A stretch of DNA of 32,857 nt from Seison nebaliae (lineage: Eukaryota), in NCBI GenBank assembly GCA_023231475.1, contig JALJEE010000809.1, positions 1 to 32,857 of the forward strand, read 5' to 3'. The position numbers and the translations under genes were made by a program. The notes below the pieces were generated by a model. That model was not told the DNA's origin. It saw only the letters and a program-made list of their open reading frames with translations, and made no database searches. This document shows positions 9,417-19,700 of this stretch, one piece after another. Position 1 is the first letter of the stretch, and each line of letters starts with the position of its first letter.

Positions 9417-12400
9417 TCAATTAACTAATTTGACGAATTTGTGGAATTTATCGAAAACTGCTGGAAATTTAGCACCGCGACTCTCTTCGATTGCCGCTGA
9501 TAACATTTGAACTGCATCATCTTCCGATTTATCGAGAGCAAACTTATCCATCACTCTCTTGACAGCGACATGTGGTTCACTTTTAATATCGTGAATATTC
9601 GCATCTAACATTAAGGATAAAGCATTGGCGAAATAATTACTATGACTTCGAAGATGGATAAAAGCGGTACAACATAATCGTTTAAATCTCTTAAAATTCT
9701 CACTTGATTCACCACCCATCGCATTCACCATATCATTCGTTAAACGCATTGGTGATGGGAAGATTTTTGGATCATGACCCAAAATATATCCATAATCAAT
9801 ATGGAATAAACATCCATCTTTTGTTATGAGTATATTATCTAGATTTCGATCTCCCACCAATAATAGATAAGTGACAAGACCATAACCAGCACAACTGCTA
9901 ATGTAATTGTTCATCACATTCGAATTGTTATCATGAAGGGAATTTATGTAATTGACTAATGTTCCATCAGGAAATTCAGCTAATGCTTTCGAACTAATAA
10001 ATTCGACAAATCCTTCTTCTCGATCTGTTGAAATACAACGATAAACTGTCAATTTCAAATCTAATCCTTGATCCAATAATAATCGATCAACGAGACCGAT
10101 AATTTGGAGAACTAATTGATCTTGTCTCATATCGTCACCAGATTTGTAGAGGACGTTAAATTGTTCGGAATTATTTAAGATGAATGGTAATTTGAATGGA
10201 ATATTCGCACTATTTATCACTTCCACTTCATCAATTTTTATTCCAACCGCAATCAATTTAGGATCGATAGGGAGATAAACAGGTCGTTGGAATTTCTCCA
10301 ATTCCTGCTCCTCTTGCAATCGCTTCAATAAGGCGAATCGATCTTGTCGTCCTTTGCGAATATTCTCATTTTTGAGAACATATCGAAAAGATCGTAATTT
10401 CTTTATGAATAATTTCTGTTCGTGTAATCGACGACATATACGCCGACCATTCTCACTCGTATGTAAACGTAGAATTAATCGAGTAATGATGACAGCGAAG
10501 AGAATGTGCATCTCATCTTCATCATTCAATTTCAATCGTTGAAAAATATTCAATAATTTACCATCACCACTTATCGCTTCTAATGATATTGGTGGTGTAT
10601 TTGTCTCACTTTTCAATAGATTTTCATTCTCATTATTATCATCATCATCATCATCATTATCATTAGGATTTGTATTGGATTGATTGGATGACATACTTCC
10701 ATCTTGTTTTAATAGATTGACGAAAATATTCATATTTCCATTAAGTAGAATATCCTCTTCATATGAAGCACCACTCTCAACATGTAAATACCAAAATAAA
10801 TAATGTGCAATCGATTCATTGACGAATGCTCGTTCGATTAAAAGTGAAGCAAGATCGCTATAATCATTCATATCTCGTTCTTCATATAATTGTTTAATAA
10901 AATCATAATTTTCTTTCTTCCCCTCATAATATCGTTGCCAAATCGAACATTCTTTCAAATAAGTTCCTAATAAATCTTTTTTTGTTTCATATCGAATTGC
11001 TTGAACTAATTGAAGAAGAAACATTGACAATTCCTCATTCTTCGCTTCACGTAAACGACGAACAGCATATGACCGTGCTTCTTTCGCCGTTTGCATATCA
11101 CTCCCCAACAATTCCAGAACATCCACCACATCAGGTGCCTTCCATCCTTCCACCAATTCCATTGCACTTGACGCCTCTTCCTCATTCGACCAGATAACGG
11201 CACGTAAAAATTTCACAACAGCTCGACCGTCATTAGTGAGATGATGAGCATATTGCCAAATCAACGCTTTATCAGATGTAGTCAATGGAATGAAACAGGA
11301 TTGAGCAATCAATTTCGTCAATCGTTGTTTCACTGGTGGTGTAACGATCAATGCACGTTGTTGTTTCGAACGATTTAATAAGAGGAATTTCTTCTCAGCA
11401 TGTGCTGACGCTTCAAGCGTGGGATCTGGTACGAATTCTCTTGTTAAACGAATTGCAGGAAATATGGATGATATTTTATTTTCATTCATCTCATTCGATT
11501 TATCTAATCCATCAACTTTCTCATTGAGCGAATTAACAATTTTCGTCACTTTCCTAATATTGGTAATGAGAGATAAGGGATCGCATTTCTTCGAATATGT
11601 TGAATGAAATAAATTGTTGACTTGAAGACGTGTAATTCGCTCACTATTATCATCATTCCACGAACTTCCATTAATCGTCATTCCATCCACATCCTCCTTA
11701 TGTCGTTGATGAGCATTTTGAGTTAATCGATTATAATTATAATTATCATTCTTATTACGTTTTATTGATCGACTATTATTATTCGTATTATACGTCGTCA
11801 TTATATTCTCTTTATCGTTTGAATTGAACAAATTTTTCGAATTCGAATTCATCGATCGATAATATGATTTGACGAATTTCTTCGAATTTTTATCTCGACT
11901 ATCATAATCATTCGTTGCATGAAGAGATGATGCTGCAAATTGATCAGCGTACATCACATCTAACAATTTGAATCGACCACTAATATTCTTATCAAAAATT
12001 TGACAATTTATCGATTTTTCTGATGGAAGGAAGAAATGTGGAAAATGTAACAACATTGTCCATTTATAATCATTAATATTATTATTCTTATTATCATTTA
12101 TTGAATGATTCTTATTTAATCGAATGGAATCGGAATTGATTTTATCGCCAATTCTTGAAATCGTTCCTGATTCTTTATGATTTGTTGGTAATTCTTTGAA
12201 TAATTCACATTTCATGAGATGAGCATGTTTCGATATACTCTTTCCTAATAAAGCATCATACCAAGCTCTTTTCAAATTATTTGATTCATATAAATAATTA
12301 TCATCAAAACTGGATCTGATACTCGTATCATATGAATGATGACGATGAGATTGACGAGCTGCATGATTCCATGTTCGACGACATAAATTTATTTGGATAT

Positions 12401-13076
12401 CCTCATTCAATTTGAAATCGAATTCATCCGTTTCTTTCATGTTACTCGTTCGTTTCTCATTCGAATTCTTCACACACATCTCAACATCGCCTTGAATGAG
12501 TTGATGTCTCTCATTAAATACGTCCACCAACAAAGTCCCGAATGATAATCTATCTTCATTATTATCATCGATCAATCTCGTTAAATTAGAAGAGAAGAAT
12601 TGAATGAAAATTTTCGCATCCAACGGCAAATCCATATAAGTTAATGGGAAAATTATGTTTTCGTTAAATTCGGCGGATGATTTCAACGTTGTCAACAACG
12701 GTTTATACGTCGTGATAATTGGAAGACATAATCGATGATATTCCTTCTCCTCTACTCTCACCAGTTCATTCAATCCCATCATTTCATTCGATAATAATTC
12801 TGCTTTCGCATAAACTTCGATTTGGTCATTCTTTTTATTACTCATTCCCATATCGCCAACTCGAATGTTATAGAATGCCTCTCCACTACTCTCATTGGAA
12901 TTGGCGATGGTTTGAAGGAGAAGATTCGATTCACATTTCCATGAATATAACGTCGATAAACGGAAACGTACATTCAATGGAATATCACACGAACATAAGA
13001 ATCGATGTTGGGACGATATTGACAATTTCTCTTTGATTGCCTCGACAAATCGATCAGATATATTCTCATCTTTCAT
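9417..13076 (-). CDS. PIK3C3: Class III phosphatidylinositol 3-kinase (VPS34), divergent, with Asn/Asp-rich insertions; apparently intronless
   Basis: C2-region FPLTYMDLPLDA; helical domain KFLRAVIW, RSYAVRRL, LLQLVQAIRYE, YLFWYLHVE; kinase domain KSGDDMRQDQLVLQII, SCAGYGLVTYLLLVGDRNLDN, FHIDYGYILGHDPK. The first in-frame ATG is at 13076; the ORF track starts at a GTG. Confidence 0.92.
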   Translation of the reverse strand: MKDENISDRFVEAIKEKLSISSQHRFLCSCDIPLNVRFRLSTLYSWKCESNLLLQTIANSNESSGEAFYNIRVGDMGMSNKKNDQIEVYAKAELLSNEMMGLNELVRVEEKEYHRLCLPIITTYKPLLTTLKSSAEFNENIIFPLTYMDLPLDAKIFIQFFSSNLTRLIDDNNEDRLSFGTLLVDVFNERHQLIQGDVEMCVKNSNEKRTSNMKETDEFDFKLNEDIQINLCRRTWNHAARQSHRHHSYDTSIRSSFDDNYLYESNNLKRAWYDALLGKSISKHAHLMKCELFKELPTNHKESGTISRIGDKINSDSIRLNKNHSINDNKNNNINDYKWTMLLHFPHFFLPSEKSINCQIFDKNISGRFKLLDVMYADQFAASSLHATNDYDSRDKNSKKFVKSYYRSMNSNSKNLFNSNDKENIMTTYNTNNNSRSIKRNKNDNYNYNRLTQNAHQRHKEDVDGMTINGSSWNDDNSERITRLQVNNLFHSTYSKKCDPLSLITNIRKVTKIVNSLNEKVDGLDKSNEMNENKISSIFPAIRLTREFVPDPTLEASAHAEKKFLLLNRSKQQRALIVTPPVKQRLTKLIAQSCFIPLTTSDKALIWQYAHHLTNDGRAVVKFLRAVIWSNEEEASSAMELVEGWKAPDVVDVLELLGSDMQTAKEARSYAVRRLREAKNEELSMFLLQLVQAIRYETKKDLLGTYLKECSIWQRYYEGKKENYDFIKQLYEERDMNDYSDLASLLIERAFVNESIAHYLFWYLHVESGASYEEDILLNGNMNIFVNLLKQDGSMSSNQSNTNPNDNDDDDDDNNENENLLKSETNTPPISLEAISGDGKLLNIFQRLKLNDEDEMHILFAVIITRLILRLHTSENGRRICRRLHEQKLFIKKLRSFRYVLKNENIRKGRQDRFALLKRLQEEQELEKFQRPVYLPIDPKLIAVGIKIDEVEVINSANIPFKLPFILNNSEQFNVLYKSGDDMRQDQLVLQIIGLVDRLLLDQGLDLKLTVYRCISTDREEGFVEFISSKALAEFPDGTLVNYINSLHDNNSNVMNNYISSCAGYGLVTYLLLVGDRNLDNILITKDGCLFHIDYGYILGHDPKIFPSPMRLTNDMVNAMGGESSENFKRFKRLCCTAFIHLRSHSNYFANALSLMLDANIHDIKSEPHVAVKRVMDKFALDKSEDDAVQMLSAAIEESRGAKFPAVFDKFHKFVKLVN

Positions 13077-13753
13077 AGTCGTCCTTCTCACTCACATTAA
13101 AAACAATCACTAAAATTTGGAGAAATGAAACATGAAAAAATAAAAACAAAAGAAAAATTCATTCCTCGACTCTTTTTTCTAGAACCTAGATGTTTCGAAG
13201 GAAACAAATCAGATTTTTTCAAAAAACTTTTTTATTTCTTTAAATATTTTGATGAATTCAATTCATTTAATTTCTCATTTAAATCATTCAGACAGAGGAG
13301 AAATGATGATAGTTAATGAAATTAAATTCGTCTTTTCTCATTAAAACTCACCAAAAGGAAATTGAACCAAATGACTTATTTTTATCACCTCTACAATTAA
13401 ATCTCTTTTGAGCATGTGCACAGATGTGGAAGAAGTAGAGAAGTAACTGTAATTATTACCATCCGTTCTCTCAATAAACATTCTTTTATTACCTCCCGTT
13501 CTTCTATTGACAAATTTTCCTTGGGAACTCATTTCAAACAATTCTTTCATATATTTCTTTTTATCTTGTAGCTAATATTTTGAATTTCTTTTATCTTCTC
13601 AATTATACTCATTTCTCTTCATTGTTAATTTTCCTTTCATTCTATTCATCACCTTAACAACCATCTGAAGCAGTTAGTGAACACTATCATTTTATTTCTA
13701 AAGTATTAACAGTTAATGAAGTTTGTCAAGTTATTCAATTCGATTTAATCTAA

Positions 13754-16700
13754 ATGGAGATATCCGAAATTACCGATAAAATGACATTACCATCGGAGAA
13801 TGAAGAAAGTGAAGTTGATATCTTCAACGATGATCGGTTTCGTGAATATCAACGTCGAACTGATGATAGTCATTTGTTATCGAATCAATTGTTTCTTCTT
13901 TACTTCTCCCCCTATGAAAGAAGTAATTTCTTATTCTTCTTCAATCAGATGTGAGAAAGCTGTTAATAATCGTAAAATTATTCGGGAACGCGTCGCAAAT
14001 AATCCGATTGTCGATCCGCCCAAATTCCCCAAAGAAGTTACTCAAATCTCTTTCTTATTTCACGTAATTTGAATGTCTAGACGATGTCTGAAGGAAGATA
14101 TGTCCGAGTTACTAAATATTTTGTCATTCGTCATTATTGAAATGTTCTTAAGGAAAATTTTATAATTTTGGCAGAAAGTATTCGTTCGTCACCACCCAAT
14201 CTAATGCAAACAGAAGTGAAGGAAAGTATTTGGAGACGAACAGCATTAGCTAGTCATGGCTTCCGTCCTGATCACGAAAAAGCACAAGAATTATTTGAAG
14301 AAGTCGAAGCCGTTTATATTGAAACGATTAAACATGCTGATAGTTTGCCAATTTTCGTTGGTGAGTCTCTCTTACTAATTAATTAATAGTTTCTCATGTA
14401 CTTCGACCCGTTGAACTGGTGAAAAAACCGAAAAAAAAATCGTTAATTAATTTTTTAATGTTCTCCCTCATTCAATGACAATTGAACTTTCTTAATTTTC
14501 TCAGTAAAACGAAACCGTTCTTGAAACGGGAACGACATAATGATGATAACGATTTCTCCAGTCCATGGCATGCTGAATTTATTCAAGCGAGAACATTTAT
14601 TTATAAATCGCTCAATTTACTCCATCCGCCAATGGTGAGAACGTTGGAGATGTATCATCGAGATCTGAAAGATATTTATCTCATCGATTTCCCCTCATTA
14701 AAGTTCCTCCTTTACATCTCATGACATTATTGTTTCAATTTCTCTCTCCAGTGCTAATAGTCCGATGGATTTGGTAAGATTCCCCAATTTTGTCGGTTTG
14801 CAAATTGAGCAATCCGCTGACAAATTGATGGAAGGGTTTTATCGACAAGTTGCCGATTTCGTTGAAACTTATATTGTCAAAATACATGACGATGCTAAAC
14901 CCAAATTTCTCATTTCATTCGATACGTTGATGAAGAATTTGGTTTGCATTTCTCATCATTCTTTTTAGTTTCATTTTTCTCGCCAGTTAATGGATATGAT
15001 GAGGAGGACAGTGATGCAATTGGTAGCAATTTTTGAAACAGACGATTGGACAACATTACCGACATTCACTATTGATTTCGCTTGTGATGAAAATGATATT
15101 ATATTCGATCCGGATGAAGAAGGAATGAAAAAGTTACTACATGGAGTCGTCGAGAAATGTGCGTACTCTCTGAAAGATGTTACGAATTATCATTTCTTAT
15201 TATTTCCTAACATTTATTCCAGTTGAATCACATCGCCGCTTATTTGAGAGGATCGAGTGAATCGAGTAATTTATGTTTAGCGAAAGATTATATTCAAGAA
15301 GCGTTCGATCGTTTGGATAAAGCCACCGAGAAATATTTCAGTAGTGCTAATTCATTCTTAAGAACATTAAGTCTCTTCTTTTTTCTCACTTTACAACAAA
15401 CTAATTGTATTCGATAGAATTCCGATATAACTATCTCAATAACGGTACGGAGGAAGCGAAAGTTCTGAAATATATCAGTAATCCTAAACATGACTTTGAA
15501 GATTTCTCAAGAGTTTCCTTCTTCTTCTTCTTCACTTTTCTTTTTATTATTTCCATTTTCTTTCAGTACATTCTCCACTTTCGCAATTTACAAAAGGAAT
15601 TACAATTACTTCCATTCTCTCATAAATTGCCGTTGTTGAATATTCACTGTAGTCGATTTAAGAAAGGAATGATTCAGCATGTCGATACTCATATCAACAC
15701 ATTGATTTCGAAGATACATAAGAATCATCAAATCGAATGTAAAACGTTAGAATTACTTTTCAACTCATAGTTCATAGGAAGAGATTCATTCAAAATTCAT
15801 AAAAATTCCATAGAATTATTAAAGAATTCGAATTGATAAGACGGAAAGCGTTGACACCACCAGAAACAACAGAGGAATTGAATAACGCTACGAAATTTAT
15901 CGATAAAATTAAAACGAGCACTTTAGGCCAACTCCAACAACGAATTCGAGTTAACAAGTCATTTTTCTTTTCCCTTGCACCATTTCCCCCATTTAGGATG
16001 CACAACGTATTATGGTGTTTTTATTGGAACAAAAAATTATTTCAAAAGAAGATGTGGAATTGAATGCTCATCTGATTTCGTGGTTGACAAAAATTATCGA
16101 TATATTTGATCGAAATGATGAAGTTTGATAAAATTTTTTCTTCGAATGAAAATCTTTATGAAAATTGTTTAGTTGTTCCGCAACGTGAAGAATGCTTACG
16201 AGACGATGTTATTGGAAACGAGAGAGAAATTTGGGAATGATCTCGAGAAAATATTTAGGCGAGTAGAAGAATTTGCACAAAATAGCGAAATGGAAATGAT
16301 GAGACAATATAATGAGGACGCGATTAATTTAAGTAAACGAATTGATGAAGCTCAAGAAACGGTCAATTGGGTGAACCAGGTCACGACTTATTTTGTAGAT
16401 ATTTTTTTATTTTTAACCGACAAAACATTTCAGGAAGAAGAACAATTTAATATGCAAAAGACAGAATATCCATTACTTAATACGATTCGTGTAATGTTGG
16501 AACCGTATCTTCGATTATTCAATACCATTCTTCGATGGCAACGAGATGAAAAGAAGTTTTTCCTTTAATTTTATTCGAATAATTTGATGGGATATATCAG
16601 ATGGTATGATGGTGCGTTCCTAGAATTAAATTCGGAACGTGTCGAAAATGAAGTGGACGATTATTATCATGAAATTTATAAAGTGAACAATATCTTCAAG

Positions 16701-19700
16701 AATCAAGTGAAGAAGAGAAAATTAGAATTGGAAGCGAAATTGATGGAATTACAAAAGCAGAAAAGTTTCTATCTTTTTCTTTTCTTCTTTTTCATTGTTT
16801 GTCGAATGATTTCATCTAAACAACTAATAATTCAATATTAATTATTCTTCTGTGATGATTTTCAAGAGGAAATTCCTCCAGAATTGCGAAGTAAAAAATT
16901 TACGGAGACTGTTGGTGAAATGACGGGAAGTGTGTTATCTAATTTAGAGAAATTTAAGGTGAGATCTTGAATGAATGCTTTATTTTCCATATATTCTTCT
17001 TGTAATAATTGTGTCGTCACCGAATTGTCTGTTTCCTTCACATTTCTTAAAATTTATTGTCCAATTTCACGTTTGTGGATAGATTTCATATTTTCTTTTT
17101 TTTCTAGCACTCAGCTCTCACGAAAGAGAGGAAAGAGAACAATTTATTGATGAATATGGCACTGGCGTTTTCGAATTCTCAGCGAGAATTACGAAAGATA
17201 TTAAAAGCTTTAAAGTTTAGTAGAAACTCGAAAAAACACGAATTTCTTAGCACATTCCTTAGAATATGTCTGTATCAATTTTTGTTTTGCGATTTAATTT
17301 TATTGTTAACTAATCATTTAGCAATTAGTTGAAGTGCCGTCGAATATTAAGTGATTGATGATTCGTTTCGTTTAGGAAAATATTCCAGTTATCCAAATTC
17401 TTTGTAATCCCGGAATCCGGGATCGTCATTGGGCTGTCATGTCAGAGATAGCGGGAAGAGATTTGAAACCAGATACTGGAACATCATTAAGGAAAGTTCT
17501 CCGAATGGATTTGGATAAACATATGAAGGAATTCGAAGTTGTGAGCGGAAGTGCAACGAAGGAACATAGTTTGGAATGTGCGTTGAAGAAGATGAAAAGT
17601 GAATGGGAAGATATGAAATTTAATATTACAACATATCGTGATACGGATTTATATATTTTATCGTCAGTTGACGATATTCAACAAATGTTAGATGACCATA
17701 TAGTGAAGACACAGACGATGAAAGGATCACCATTCATTAAAGCGTTTGACAAAGAAATCAAAGAATGGGAACAACAATTATTGCTCGTTCAACAAATCAT
17801 AGACAGTATGTTGAATATGCAGCAACAATGGCTGTATTTGGAACCGATCTTCTCATCGGAAGATATTAATAATCAGATGCCAGCTGAAGGTAAATTATTC
17901 CGTATCGTCGACGCCTCCTTCAAAGATATCATGAGCATTTTAGTAGAGAATGATGACGTGTTGAATACGGCACATGTGCCCGGTTTATTCGAACGATTGG
18001 AAGAAGGTAATGAAAATTTGGCAACGATAAATAAAGGATTGAATAGTCATTTGGAGAAGAAGAGACTTTACTTTCCACGATTCTTCTTCCTCTCCAATGA
18101 TGAAATGTTAGAGATTTTATCAGAAACGAAAGATCCGATGAGAGTGCAACCCCATTTGAAGAAGTTGTTCGAAGGAGTAGGAACATTAAAATTTGATGAT
18201 GATGAAAAGATTCTTGCATTCAATTCACCCGAAGGGGAAATGGTGAAATCCTGTGAAATTATCGATACGAAGAAAGCGAAAGGAGCAGTGGAGAAATGGT
18301 TGATCGATGTTGAGCGTGTAATGATTGCTTCATTGAAGGCCATCTTCATTCAAGTTCATGAATCACATATGCATCTGCCATTAGAGGAATGGGTGTCCAC
18401 TTGGCCCGGTCAATCCATTCTATGTATCTCTCAAATTTATTGGACGTTAGAAGTTGTTGAATCGATGATGGATCCCGCCAATTCATTAGAGTTATTTATT
18501 TACTATTTTTTTGGAGTTTATTCAATTTTCTATTTTCGTTTTCTAAAGAAAATATTATCGGAAATTATCAGAACAATTGAACGATATTGTCAATTTGGTA
18601 CGAGGAAAAGTGCCGAAACAAGTCCGAATCACATTGAGTGCTCTCATTGTTATTGAAGTGCACAATCGAGATGTTGTGAGTGATATGCATGTGAAGAAAG
18701 TGTCATCTGCCAACGACTTCAATTGGCTAGCACAATTAAGATATTATTGGATTGATCAAATCGTCAGTGTTCGAATAACGAACGCCACTGTAAAATATTG
18801 TTACGAATATTTAGGAAATACGGGAAGGTTGGATTTGTTCACGTTACACTATATTTTCCTATATATTCATTTCAGATTAGTTATCACACCATTAACCGAT
18901 CGTTGTTATCGGACGTTAATTGGAGCATTTCATTTAAATTTAAATGGTGCACCCGAAGGTCCAGCTGGTACGGGAAAAACTGAAACGACGAAAGATTTAG
19001 CGAAGGCGTTAGCTGTCCAATGTGTCGTATTTAATTGTTCGGATGGTTTGGATTATATAGCGATGGGTAAGTTTTTCAAAGGCTTAGCATCATGCGGTGC
19101 TTGGGCATGTTTCGACGAGTTTAATCGTATCGATCTGGAAGTGTTGTCAGTAGTCGCTCAACAAATTCTTTCGATTATTCGAGCCGTTCGAGCTAAAGTG
19201 ACAAAATTCGTCTTCGAAGGAACGGAAATATCGTTAAACCCAAATTGTTATGTTTGTATCACGATGAATCCAGGTTATGCAGGTCGATCCGAGTTACCTG
19301 ACAATCTAAAAGTTCTATTCAGACCAGTCGCTATGATGGTACCAGATTATGCATTAATTGCAGAAATATCGTTGTATTCTTATGGATTTTTGGAAGCGAG
19401 AAGTTTAGCCGTTAAAATTGTGACCGTTTACAAATTATGTTCCGAACAATTATCATCACAATTCCATTATGATTATGGTATGAGAGCCGTAAAATCTGTC
19501 TTGTCGGCGTGTGGAAACTTGAAATTGAAGCAACCGTTAATGGATGAGAATTTGTTAATTCTACGTAGTATAATCGATGTGAATCTCCCTAAATTTCTCT
19601 CACAGGACGTTCCATTATTTGATGGTATTATCTCCGATTTATTTCCAGGAGTGGAGTTGGAACCGGCCGATTACGAAACGTTTACCCAATATATTCAACA

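Noticed and set aside
13341..13550. 69-aa minus-strand ORF between VPS34 and dynein
   Set aside because: No recognisable motif and no frame-consistent splice to VPS34 found. Likely a chance ORF or 5' UTR in a divergent promoter region.
17147..17332. ORF-track 61-aa ORF inside the dynein intron as a nested gene
   Set aside because: It is an off-frame reading of candidate alternative exon B plus intron sequence.
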